DNA of 63,046 nt, filler included, from Polymyxa betae A26-41 (taxonomy: Eukaryota > Protista > Endomyxa: Phytomyxea): the NCBI GenBank assembly GCA_003693705.1. It is 3 parts of 3 records of this genome, joined end to end, with 100 filler letters (N's around TTAATTAATTAA, not from the genome) between each part and the next. Parts side by side here need not be neighbours in the genome. Positions count along the whole stretch, not along the records: positions 44,481 to 63,046 come from RBZT01000093.1; 2 more parts are not named here. One strand, written 5' to 3'. The notes beneath the pieces are model-generated. The model was given only the letters and a program-made list of their open reading frames with translations, was not told the DNA's origin and ran no database searches. A program made the translations under genes and the position numbers. Shown piece after piece: positions 51,051 to 63,030 of the stretch (its first letter is position 1; each line of letters begins with the position of its first letter).

Positions 51051-54000
51051 TTAACTGTCAGAACGACGCCTGCGTCGGTTGCGGGCACGATTCCTTCTTC
51101 GATTCCTTCGAGAATCTGGTATGGGAGAATCGCGGTAGTTGCGACCTCGTCGACGTCGCGGCACTTCTGGACTGGAACTGGAACTGGAACTCCTGGAAAT
51201 TTCAAGATCATCCGGTACAGGAAGCCGATGATGTACAACGCGAGTCTGGGAGCTCTTGCGAAGCATTTGCTTGCAGATATTCAAAATATACGCGTGATAT
51301 TCCCTAAACCTTTCATTTAATACGGTTATTTTAGTTTTTCCATGAAATAAGTCGATGATGAAAAAACATGATAGTCTACTAAACTCGACGAAACGATAAA
51401 CATAGAAAAGTAAGGCGAAGCAGACACTGTGATGGCAACGTACGCTAAAGCAGAAGGATCTTCTTTGGTAGGGGTGAGAGGATCTTCATAAGCAGATACG
51501 TCTGCATCGATATTCTGCGTTGGTGAAGATGAATTCGCAGAGAAAAACATTCGTAATTCATCAACGAGCATATTGGCGTCGGCAGAAGGTTTCAGCTGTT
51601 GACGCAACCAATCGGGAAGACATGATTGCTCACGAGGGTTCTCGTATCGTTGATCCAAGAGCAGCAACGCGAGCTTATCCCTAAGAATGATCGTTCAGCT
51701 GATTCGATTCGAGCGCTAACAAAAAAACATAATAGAGCAATGGTTTGGAAAGAAAAAACACCCAGATAGAAGAAAAAATCGGTAAAACATGGATATGGCA
51801 ACTAACTTGAAGTTGTATAGACGTGCAAGAGCCTGATTAACAATCTGCATCGCGTGCAGAGTAGACCAGGTGACACTGGCAACATCCGATGAGCCGATAT
51901 CGTCCAAATGCTTAAAAGTGGCATTGATGATGGGATCTTGGGTAGGTGCATATGGCACACCGACGCAGATACAAAGCTGGCATCTGCATGATAGAGATTC
52001 AGAAAACAATACAAACAAAGCGAAATAAAAGGTTGAAAGGCCCAAGAAAATCACAAAACGTCAAGTTAATCGCAAGTGAGCTACCGAATTTGTTGACACT
52101 CCATCTCTTCCAGAAGGCTGGAGCGAAACGTGGTGAATAGAACGGCGCCCTGTGAGCCCTTCGCGGCATTGGCGAAGTTCGACATGACGTCCACTCGAAA
52201 ATCAGAGCCGTATTCTAAAGTATCGAAGAACACCTGAAAATGTACCACTAAATACGATATGAACAGCACTGGTGAAGACGACTTACATGTCGTTTTTCTT
52301 GTTGTAAAGATGGTAGAATGCTATTGCGAGACCAATATGTGGACAGATGGTCAAGAAGCTTGAAACTTGGTATAAGCACAATAATACCATGGGCAATGAC
52401 TTTAGCCACTTCAACGATGACCGCGCCAATCCTACGAACCAGCATTCAGGATTTGATGACGATGATATTTTAGCTTGTCAATCCGATAGCAAAAATCAAA
52501 ACGATACGGATTGCCAGTTGGCAGAATTTTGAAAACGAGGGATATCCAGTCCAACAGATATCGAAGAACTAAAGCAAAGTCAAAGGAAAAGCGAGATGCA
52601 TACCCGTTAGCATAGGCTGTGAAGTTAAACTGAAGTGTTTTATGGCCTCCATTTAAAGGCTTTGAATCAGCCCTAACCTTAGCAAGAGTGCCTAAGATTT
52701 TGTTTATGGACAAGACAGAGACGTATCTGCCAACAGCCACAAAATGCAAATAATAGAATTACAAAAAAACGGTAAAATCGAGACGGGATTCTCAAAACAG
52801 CATTTCGTCTGGATAGAAAGCTTTGATCTTACATAGAAGAAGTCGCGATTTGAGGTGATTGTCTAACAGAAAAGTAAGATAGCAATAATAGCGAGAAGCA
52901 GCGAACTACCAGGAGAGTTCTGCAAGAACGGGCTGAGACGTAAACGGAAATGCTCTCCTAGCTGGGAAACAAACAGCCGGATGGGCGATAAAGATTCGGA
53001 GATGAAAACGCAGCTGCATGTGCGTTCTTGTACTCTCTATTGAAGGTGCACAGCTTAGAGCATTGTTATAAAACACTCCAGTTTCAATCGGAGATTGAAG
53101 GCACAGATATCAACAGTATAATGAATTAGCACTTAAAAAAATAAAAATGAAATGATTTTGAAAGCGGCAAAACTTGCTTACTTTGAGAAGCATTTCAGGA
53201 TGTATGCAATTAATAGTAAGCCGAGATTCCAATGGATCAGAAGTCTCACTCCTCCTTCGAATCTGGATATAATAAGCAGAGGCCCGGTCCAGCAGCAACA
53301 ATATTGATCGAATCACCTGAGCAACATGTAAGATGACACCGATACGACTGCAAAACATGGAACAGGTTGCTAAACGGGGGACAAATGAAGATTCGTTTTG
53401 GAGCAATCGGTTAAGGGAGAAATGAAACAACCCACGCTTCGGAAATTTCGAAAAACGTCAGACTCGAATTCGACGAGACGCGAGGACGACACCATGTCCG
53501 CTGACGATTGCAAAATTTCACTAAATGCAAAGCTCAGCGACGAAATACGAAAAAGAGAAGGCAGATACGAGCAGCGTTTTTGAAATTGAATTTTAGAGAA
53601 GAAATGGGCACACGGTTGGAAAGTTGTCCACTTCAAGTATTCAGACCCCTGGAGAAGGTAATGAGAAGCAGTTCAATAAACCGAAAGCAAATATTGCCTA
53701 TACGCTTCCTTGAAAATGATGGAAGCTAGAACTTGATTAAGAGAAAGACAGAGCAGCAATAAAACACAATTAGAAGGAAGCTAACGAGATGGAAAAAAAG
53801 ATTCAGCGACGGTAACAAGCAAACACAAGATTGAAAGCGAATTACGTTCTCGTCATAATCCACGATTATCGCCTCTTTCTGATAACGCAGAAAGAGTGCC
53901 CGCAGATGTGACGCCATCATTCGAATGCTGGCCATATTTAGAGCATCAACGTTTGGCTGGGAACGGCATTGACGACGATGGGCGTCGCAGGCATTAATGA

Positions 54001-56258
54001 TTTTATCGAGGTTGCCGAGTGTAATAGCTAGCAAAACGTTCATCGGCTGTCCAAGAATGGCCAAAAAGCCATTTTCACAAAACTTAAAGCGCGCCTTGGG
54101 AAAACAGAAACGTACTTCAACCCGGAGCCAGAATGAAAACGTTCAACACATTCTCAGTGACAGAGCACAGAATATACGGACCTGATGATGAGTGTTCCTT
54201 AGCGAAGTCGATCAGATTGTGAGCACCATCTACGTAGGCGTTAGGGAGACAAACTTCACTGAAATCGGTAATCTCCGATCTAGAAACAACAAAAAAAGAG
54301 AAAACTTAAAAAATTGAATTCTGTTGATAAGATCTATCGGTGAGAGATCGGAGTGAAGCGAAACGATTACCAAATATTACGATGGCATCATCCGAGATCG
54401 ATCCGTGATCCGATAAGAAAATGCCTCTCTGGTCAAAGAGCGATGAGAACGGTAGAAAGACCACATGGGCAACACGGGCCAGAGAGCGGGAAAGGTAGAA
54501 CGGACAGGATTTGGTGCTAAAGAACGATTGATAAAAGCCTTGGAGCTTACTGCTTATAGAAACGCAAAACAGAGCGACACACAGAGAATCTGTTTGCTCA
54601 AGAGCGGAAGGATCGAAATTGTTTCACATTTTGGAAACGCTCTAATAGATACAAATCTCCAGAGGCATTCAAAAAGCTTGAAAAACGACAAAACCAAAAA
54701 GACGCATACGCTTCTCCCAGACGTCCAATATCCTCTATGTCCATAATAGAATCGGGCCCTTCCCAGCGTGATTCGACAGCATTCATAGTGTTCTTACTGG
54801 TTAGATTCGCATATCTACAGGAAGTCAACATTATGCTGACCAAGATAGTACGAACAACATAACTCATTACAGCCGTATGATGGCGTTTTCGTGCCTGCTC
54901 GGAGAGTGCAAACTTGGGCACAAGAATCTTCGACATTGGGACCCGATTTAACCTATATCACAGTGAGCAGGTTGTCAAGAAAAACAAACTGCAAATTAAT
55001 ATGAGACATTTGAGCGAGGAATGGTAAAAGCAGCATTTCTATGACATCAACCGATAGCACCCAAACCGGAATGAAAGTCGGATTGAAGACAACAGCTTGA
55101 TCCAGGCGAATACACGCATACCGATTGATTTGAGCACATCTCTGACTTTGAAGCGAAAGTAATAGTTCGGGGTCTGTACGGCGTCATCCTGATTTTTGCT
55201 GCCAAATGGCGCAACCGTGATGCGTTTCGAGCGGCAACGACAATCCGCGGTGGTCGAAATTTTTGTTCATAGCAATGGCGCTGAAAGGCCAGCGCAGCAC
55301 ACAGATACGAAATCGATTTGCAGGTCCCGTTTGGAGATTCTCTGACAGTCAGAATCAGCGAAATTCGGCGGTTTAGGTTAGGCGCCAGTTGTACATGACG
55401 GCATGATTCCGAGACAGGAAGGATTCGATTAGGCGTTCTGCCATCAAGCTACAATCCGGTATAAGAGGAACTTGAGAGCCGAAATGATTGTAAACAGGAC
55501 ATAATATGAAAAGGAACGAAAAACCAGATTGAAAAACCAGATAAATATTTTTAAAGAGGAAAAAACTGTACGTTTGAGCCTGGAGGGGTTTGGGATCCGA
55601 GAAGCAGACCTCGACACCACATACAGAGATCCGATGCCCAATTTTGCTATCATCGACTCCAGGAGGACAATTAGGCACCGCGCTATGCTCGTTTTCGGTT
55701 ATCAATAATGGCGGAAAACGCTGCAGAAGCCCTAAGAACAGATTAGATTGCTCGAAAGCTGGATCCACGATGATGATGGGACAGAGTTGGGTCCCAAAAA
55801 TTCGTTAACAGTTAGAAGAAGCGAAACTTGTCGTACTGGCAACAGACCACGCTTGAAAGAAATGACGAAATAAGAAGCGAACCTAGACAGAATGCCACAT
55901 GCGGCGGAACAGCAGCTACCGGAGGCGAAACAGCAGCTATCGGGGGCGTAACAGCAGCTATCGGAGGCGGAACAGCAGCTACCGAAGGCAAAACAGCAGC
56001 TACCGGAGGCGAAACAGCAGCTACCGAAGGCGAAACAGCAGCTACCGAAGGCGAAACAGCAGCAGCTACCGAAGGCAAAACAGCAGCTACCGGAGGCGAA
56101 ACAGCAGCTACCGAAGGCGAAGCAGCAGCTACCGGAGGCGAAACAGCAGCTACCGAAGGCGGAATGCGTAATCGAAACGCCTCGATGTCTTCAGCCACTG
56201 TCTGCGACGACAGTTGCCACCACTCCTCATCGTCACTGATTGTGATGACATCGGCCAT
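51051..56258 (-). CDS. FANCJ/RTEL1 (XPD/Rad3 Fe-S helicase family)-like protein with degenerate ATPase motifs, multi-exon
   Basis: GVEVCF..P..AQ (Q motif), ESPNGTCKSISYLCAALAFQ, MDIEDIGRLG, CPFYLSR, AIVIFDGAHNL, HGIIVLIPSF, GAVLFTTFRSSLLE, ICVGVPY, NQALARLY, LLLDQRY. Confidence 0.85.
55903..56160. repeat. Coding 21-bp tandem repeat, ~12 copies (P[S/P][V/I]AAV[S/L/P/T] on minus strand)
   Basis: Unit ACAGCAGCTACCG(G/A)AGGCGAA, with one unit carrying an extra GCA. Confidence 0.95.
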
Positions 56259-57564
56259 AGACCGGGTGCCGATGACGACAGACCGCCAGGCAGGCAGAAT
56301 GTGAAACAGGACAGGATGGCAACCTGATGGAGATGATCAAACGACGAATCCCGCACGCAAAAAGGTTCAAGCCAGGGTTAGGGTTTTAGGCAGAATGCGA
56401 GGGATGGATTCCCAAAAGGACATCAGCAGATCTCTCCGAATATAATTTACTGAAAACGGGGATTGCATCCAATGCCCGTTCGACTCAGTTAAGAGTGCCA
56501 TAAGCGAAATCGGAAACCAAGCGACTACGGAGGTGAATGGCAACAATAGAAGTCACCGGCTAACCTTAAGCAAGCTCTCTCTCTTAGCCGTATTCCTAAT
56601 TCTATTATCGGCAGAAGTGGCTGGAAAGCGTAGCACCAAGGAGGTAGTCAACCCAGCGGCAAGTTTGTCGAAGTGAGCGAGTCGTCGGGGAGTCGCGCTA
56701 CCAAAGTTTCGGAAGAGGCGAAAGCAATGTAGACTGTAATAGGTCCAGCGAAGGTTGAACTGATAGCAGCCGACCATATTCAGTTGGCCCAATTGTTCAT
56801 TGTCATAATCGGAGCGTTATTCCCAGCAATGGATATTCAGCATGTTTTTCTGGCAATTAACAATATAACGTCGAGTCAGCCGAACGTCGTTTGTTAGATA
56901 TGTTCAAAAGGGCGCTTGGAGCTGCTCTTTTCGTCACGGCTGTCATAGTAGCCCTTTACTTTGCTCTGAGTAACAATCGTGAATGGTTTAAACAAGATGA
57001 CACTTTCACCACTGGCTCGCAATGTGGACAGGTTTATTCTCCCAGAAGACTTCACCTAGGACGTCTTTTACGAAGCTTGATTAGCTATGAGGCTTGATTG
57101 GGACTATGTTAAGAGGTTCTCCAAACTATTGCCTCACTTCAAGTATCATCATGAAGCCAGGATATTGCTATCCCTTTCTGAAGAATGGCTTTTTCGAAAG
57201 AGATTTATGCACCAAAACTGTTATGATTGCACGGGGGGGATCGTCTCCTTCGGGGCTTCCATTAGCTTTGGGGTATTGACGAGAGCCGCTTCGGCATATA
57301 TTACCCGGCCGCTCTGTTTCGTCTTGAAGATGTTTTTTATTGTTTTTTAATCCGCTTCTGAGTCTTGCGAGGTCCTATGGATTAGAGTTAGGGTTTAGGG
57401 TTGGGTGATCACGTTGGAATCTTGCGTCGTAACCCATCCGTTCTCCGGTTCGGAAAGGTATTCCCAATAATGAATTGCACCAAAACCTTCTAGTAATATA
57501 ACGTCGATACAGCGAATTCGATTATCACACAAGTTCAAATGGTCGCTCAGTACTGCTGTTCACG

Positions 57565-58186
57565 TTGGCGTCGCCGCGGTCACGACAAAACCTGTGGATT
57601 CAAGGTCAGTCTGGAACAGGCAAGACGTATTTTTTCGATCTGTTGCGAAAAATGTATTTATTTGTGAAGGATTCGAACGACTGGTGGGACTGCTATGAGG
57701 ACGAACCTGAAATCGTTATCGATGGGATCGGTCCCGACTCCCGATCAGCATCCGTCGTGTTCGTGTTTCTAGAAATGGACGGACATGAAGCCGTTCTACT
57801 GTCAGTCGAAGCGTCGATATTGGGGCGTAAACGCTTTCGTGGTCATCGGGTCAAGGAGATCTGGCTGAACTCGGCCAATGTTCACGGCGATTCAGGCGCG
57901 GTTCCATGTTGTCGACCTGTTGTCGTGCGCCTGCCAGTTGCCGGAGACGTGCATCGCGTGCCAGGCGGCAGCATTATTAATCGAGCGACGAACGATCCTG
58001 CTCACGAACGATGGGAGCGTGTCCGTGGCTGCACGTTCGAACATCTGGAGAACGTGGTCCTGGACCTGGCGTGGTTCACAATCGGAGATGATGGTCGTCC
58101 TGTCGTATCGAGGCCATGGCTGTGTTCGCGGACCAGGGAGCAACGAGGGAATCGGTGCCGATGGGAATGGAGCTACCAACAAGTGA
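57565..58186 (+). pseudogene. Endogenous CRESS-DNA-virus-like Rep remnant (SF3 helicase domain), frameshifted
   Basis: NLWIQGQSGTGKT (Walker A), K..NDWWDCY, IVIDGI (Walker B position); then in shifted frames KWTDMKPFYCQSK (motif B'), KEIW and TAIQARFHVV (Arg finger). Confidence 0.8.
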
Positions 58187-58276
58187 TATAAAGTAAATGA
58201 AAAAAATTTGCAAAAAAATCACCTTATACTCATAGGGTATCTAAGGTGATATTTTTTTTTCATTTATATCACTTGT
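58179..58276. repeat. AT-rich imperfect palindrome between two convergent ORFs
   Basis: ACAAGTGATATAAA (58179-58192) / TTTATATCACTTGT (58263-58276) is perfect; inner ATCACCTTA (58218-58226) / TAAGGTGAT (58242-58250); A/T tracts lie between. Confidence 0.9.
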
Positions 58277-58701
58277 CTACCAGATCCACGGGCATCAGGT
58301 CTTCCATAAGAACAACTATTATAATCCCCTGTGGATTCAATAGATTTAGACTATCCACAAGAACCAGTGGCGCTTGCAGAACCAGCTGGTAGTTGATGGT
58401 CTGAGCTGGCCGTGTCGGCGTCATCCGCCCGCACTCCGAAGTCTCCGCACCCTTCATCTTTGATGTGGTGATGCGAAAAGCACTCCATGCAGTGTCCTGT
58501 GGCTCGATATTTCTGTGTGATCGGGAAGATATTAGACGTGATTGAGGACTGGCACGAACGAGTCAACCGGCGCGTACGCGTGAGGCACAAAGTTAGGGTT
58601 GGACTCTATTGTCGGTCTGTACACGGCGTTCTTGCAGGATCTGATGGATGAAACTACTGTGCGTGACAGTCGATGGAAGCCTGTCCGAATCCGCTAGAGT
58701 C

Positions 58702-58892
58702 GAAGTTGGTGTATTACAGGGAGTTGCACTCCTGGAGAGATCGGATGCAGTATCAGATGCAAAAATGGCTGGATTCGGTCATTCAGTCTTGACATATTTC
58801 GTATCTGTCGAAGGATCAAGATTGTTTTCTGGCAGATGCGGGGAGGCTACCGATCAATTGTGCAGAAATTTTCCTATGTAGCAAGAGAGCAT
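58702..58892. repeat. Diverged dispersed repeat, second copy at ~61734-61930
   Basis: Shared core AATGGCTGGATTCGGTCATTCAGTCTTGACATATT plus collinear flanks (AAGTTGGTGTA..., ...GCAAGAGAGCA). Confidence 0.85.
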
Positions 58893-59147
58893 AGCTCAGG
58901 CTGGATTGCAGATATGATTGTATCAGCATTTTAGCGAAATTGCTGGGTGGTTTTTGAATATTGGGTTTTAGGCGACTGCTAGAATCTCCTGGAATACTGT
59001 TGACAGTGCTGATTCAATATTCCAGCTCTGCACTGTCGTGACATTGACAGCGACCGCACCAAGGCCTGTCTGCTGTTTCATTGGGCAGGCTGCCTGTCTC
59101 TGGATAGAGCAGTTTCCAAAGATCGATTAGAACGTGTCCTGGGAACA

Positions 59148-59765
59148 ATGGAGCAGTGCAGAAGCTTCATTATCCTATTGGAGGGAAAGTATGTCGACTA
59201 CTCGGATATCCTACCTACCCACGACACCAATGAAGACGACACCCACACGGTTGCTGTGCAAGGAGGAGAACAACGTGTCTTGAAGACGGCGTCTTCCCGA
59301 CGCGAGATTCCAAATTTCGATGCTTGGCTCGATGCTCACATCGCCGTTATGAGCGTCCTGTTATCCAGCTCTGGGAACGGCGCTCCAAGATCTTACAGCC
59401 GAGCCATGCATGATGCATCATCAATTGTTGATCTCTGCACGTGCGAGGGTGTACCCCTGGCGTGCTGTCTACGAAATCGACCAACGCAAACGTAGGCTTG
59501 TGGAGACTGACCCAGCCAGTTATGCGACACTTCTAGAGTATAATATGGTTATATGGAAGAGGGAAAACGCTTGGATCTTCAGCCCCGTCTGGCTCGACCT
59601 CGACCGGACGGTCCGGACCATCGCCTGCCGGAACAAAAGCGGCGCCGTTCTGATTCGAAGTCCCTGATCGATGCAGGTGTTGATGCCGAAGGACACGACC
59701 GAAGCAAGGACTTCGTCGCGGGCAATTGCACGTATGGAACCCGTCTCTACCTGAATATCAAGTAA
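59148..59765 (+). pseudogene. Degenerate gag-like ORF of a DIRS/Ngaro-type retroelement
   Basis: EGKYVDYSDILP...IPNFDAWLDAH..VMSVL...YPWRAVYEIDQRKR resembles the DIRS/Ngaro ORF1 pattern; a decayed CCCH finger (KDFVAGNCTYGTR) follows; frameshifted. Confidence 0.55.
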
Positions 59766-61969
59766 TGGCTCCCAAGGCTGTAGCATCTTTTCCAACACGA
59801 CACAGTCATCAAGCTGGACCGGTCCCTTTGCGTGCTGCTGGTGTTGTCCTGGCCGATTCCAGCGCGAGGCCGAAGACTGGGCCTTCAGCGCCGACGAACA
59901 GGGCCAGTCTGCTTCGCTAGCTAAACCGACTCGGCTGCAAACCTTCAGCCAGCTACACCTGCAACCTTTTGGATGACCAGCTCAGGTCGCTGGCCGGCCT
60001 CGAGGTTGAGTGGCGACAGCACTAGATCACGTTTGAAAATTGGCAATCTCAGGACCGTCAACAACACCGGGCAGGCGATCAGAACCCATCTACCCAAATC
60101 GAGGTGAGGGAATTGCGCACAATTGCTGCTGTGGGTTCTAACTTTCTGATTTAAAGCAGATGCCGTTGCAAAAGGGTGACAAGGTCAGCAAACTGCTCAT
60201 AATTGTGCCTCAGTTTGCAAGAAAAATGTATCAATTTGATAACCAAAGCCAATCCGCAAATAAATGGCTCCGAGAGCAGCGCTTCTTTGGAAGCCGCCAC
60301 AGCGGCCAACCAGATGTTCCTTCCCCAGATCCCGCCGGCCACAGCTCAACACCAACCCATCCCTGCTGAAACCGAAGACCGCCAAGAAAATCCAGCCCTA
60401 TATGTCCGTAGCTCGGTCGGACCCGAAGTCGACCCGAACCTGTTCGATGGTAACCAGACTCGTCAACCGCACCATGGCCATCAACTCTGGATGGGTATCG
60501 GACGAGGATATGAGCAATCCGACGATGACGTAGAGGGAGGTCCAACCAATTCGGACGACAACATGGACGAGACCTCGGATGAAGCGCCAGGTCAAGAAAA
60601 TGACGTCGAAATGAATGAAAGTCCAGACCCCACCGCCGAGCGGACCGATCATATCGATAATGATAGAGAGCGCGGCGCTACGGAGTCTGATTAACCGAGT
60701 CCGAAACAATCTCGGGTCGAAGAAACAGCCCCAAGCCAAGCCGCCCAATGATCTACGCCTTTAAGCACAATGGGGCCGACCAACTCCCTGTTTGGTGTAA
60801 AACAGAAGATAGTGATATCAAAGGTTCACCCTATGTGGCATGCTAGGCTGCCATGACCCCAACTATGGGCATGCGCAACGACCATCGCGATAGTCCTTTT
60901 GGCACTCTTGCGAGCAGTAGCTCCGATTGCCGGCGTCATGGTGGCGATTGATATCAGAAATGGGATGGTCAGTGCAGCCGCTGAGGCAGCAGTGGACCAG
61001 TTCTGGTATCAGATATTCCTCCTGGTGCTGCGTATAGGCACCGGGAGAAGAGGATAACCGAGCCGTCTAAGCACCATCTTCATCTCGCTGAACACCTGCA
61101 CAGTATTGATGAGATGACTTTTAAGGGTGAAGGATTAATACCAAGAAATCTGCCAATTCCGCCGATATTCCGATAACCTTCTAAAAACCAGATCCAGTAG
61201 CTCTCCATTTCGTCGCTTGACGTTTGGTGATTCTGCTGCTTTAATCTTGGGACGGGTCCGCGCTGGTCTGATCTCTTCTGAAGATTCAAAATTCTGCATC
61301 TGGCGCCCTCTCATAGCATTACAATTTTTGAATAAGCGTTGCAATTATCGAGATGATCACTAACGCAAAATTCTCGGCCCTCACAGTGACGAGGCCCCTT
61401 TGGCTGTAGTAACCCTACCAGGTCTCACTCACTCTGTCCGAGCGTCGACCTCTGGATAATAGGGCTCTGCTACCGCGGCCCATCACCCCCGAAATCGCTT
61501 ATGATATTATTTTAGTACGGGATGAGATGCGCTGTCGCGCCTCGAAAACCTGAAAGCGCGCCTGAAAGTCGCTCTGGAATCGTCTCTGGAATCCCAGCGC
61601 CATTCGGATGATAAAGATGCCTGCTATCTTTGGGTCGCCGAGCATCGATGGCTGGTCATGTCTGGCGGCGTTGGAAGCGATTCTGGCGTCTTAGTGTGAT
61701 TGGTCGGTCATACTGGGTTTAAAGCCTAACTCCTAAGTTGGTGTACCACAGAGAGCATGTCCTTCTCGAAAGATTGGGTGCAGCATCGGATGAACGAATG
61801 GCTGGATTCGGTCATTCAGTCTTGACATATTGAGTATCTGTGGGAGATTCAGGATTACTTTAATTTCTGGCAAACGACGGGGCTGTTCCAGAACAACTGT
61901 GCAAAAGTTTTCTTTGCTGCAAGAGAGCACAAAACCGCTAGCCTTCACGCTATCCGACGCTGCCAAGCT

Positions 61970-63030
61970 ATACCACTTAACAATTTTTGTTCACTACAGG
62001 AGGCCGTTGTTCACCTCGAGATGGGCCAGAACCAGCCAGTTTATTGTCGGCAGTATCCAATACCTCATCATGCGAAGACGGTCGTTGACAATCAAGTGAA
62101 GGAATGGATACAGAATGGCAAGGTCACGGACGCCCCCCGAGGGTGTCAATGGAACCTTCCACTGTTCGTTGCTCTGAAGAGGGACGATGTCACTGGTGAG
62201 AAGAAACCGAAGCGGGTTTGCATAAACCCCAGACCTCTCAACACTCTACTGTTGCCAGAGAGGTACCCCCTACCTCTTGTATCCGAAATTTTCCAGTTCC
62301 TCGCAGGCAAAAGCATCTTCAGTGCGATGGATTTAGAGCAGAGTTTTTTACAGCTTCCAGTTCATAAGCCTCATCGCGAAAACCTTTTTGTTTATTTGGC
62401 AAGGACCGCATCTTATGTTCGTTGGAACGCCCTTCGGGTTGACTCCGACATCATCTGTGCTACAGCGCACCATAAATCGTGCTCTTGAAGGTTCGACATC
62501 TGCAATCCCCTTTCTTGACAATTGGCTCGAGCTCTCCGGAGGAACACCTCGAAGATTTGTTCGACACTTTGGACCGATTAACTGCTGCAAATCTACGAGA
62601 GAACCTGAAGAATTCCCACTTTTTCAGACCGATCCACTCTGCCTTATCATTTCCGTCTTCGGCGTTGGGCAACAATGTTCTTCTCGTGGTTATCTGCGTG
62701 CATACCCGATCCTGCTTATTGCGTGCCCTTCCTGACAAATCAGCTATATCCGTTTCCAAGGCATTGCTTATGACATTTTGTGATTTCGGCTTCCCTCGCA
62801 TCGTTAAGTCTGACAATGGCTCGGAGTTCATCAACCAATTTATGCAACTGATGACGAAGGAAGTTGGCATCGACCACCGCCTCGCAACTAAGTATCACCC
62901 ACGTGCAAATGGTTTGGCTGAACGCACTGTCGAGACCTCATGCCGTGCCAACCGGAAACCACTCGAGAGTGAAGAAAGAATCAACAGCCTCGCAAACGAG
63001 CACCCACAAAGTGCGCACTGCCGTACGTAA
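61970..63030 (+). pseudogene. Ty3/gypsy pol remnant: RT N-terminal part joined to integrase core, frameshifted
   Basis: RQYPIP, WNLPLFVALK, RVCINPRPLN, YPLPLV, FSAMDL, PFGL, FLDN; then FGFPRIVKSDNGSEF, YHPRANGLAER. Confidence 0.92.

Noticed and set aside
55828-56304. Plus-strand ORFs (TEGETAA repeats; RRRNSSY repeats) as overlapping genes, or the repeat as a CRISPR array
   Set aside because: They are shadows of the 21-bp coding repeat, which lacks stops in those frames. There are no unique spacers, and the minus frame connects to the helicase gene.
57491-57507. TAATATAAC as a CRESS origin nonanucleotide; AATATAACGTCGA repeated at 56862 and 57495
   Set aside because: No flanking stem-loop. 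The 13-bp repeat has no supporting element structure and may be chance.
56450-57560. HUH endonuclease half of the Rep
   Set aside because: Only isolated look-alikes (MTMNNW, HLQ), on the wrong strand or in the wrong order; not supportable.
61405-61490. Possible 81-bp solo/3' LTR (TG...CA next to a G-run on the minus strand)
   Set aside because: No second copy, PBS or TSD in the window.
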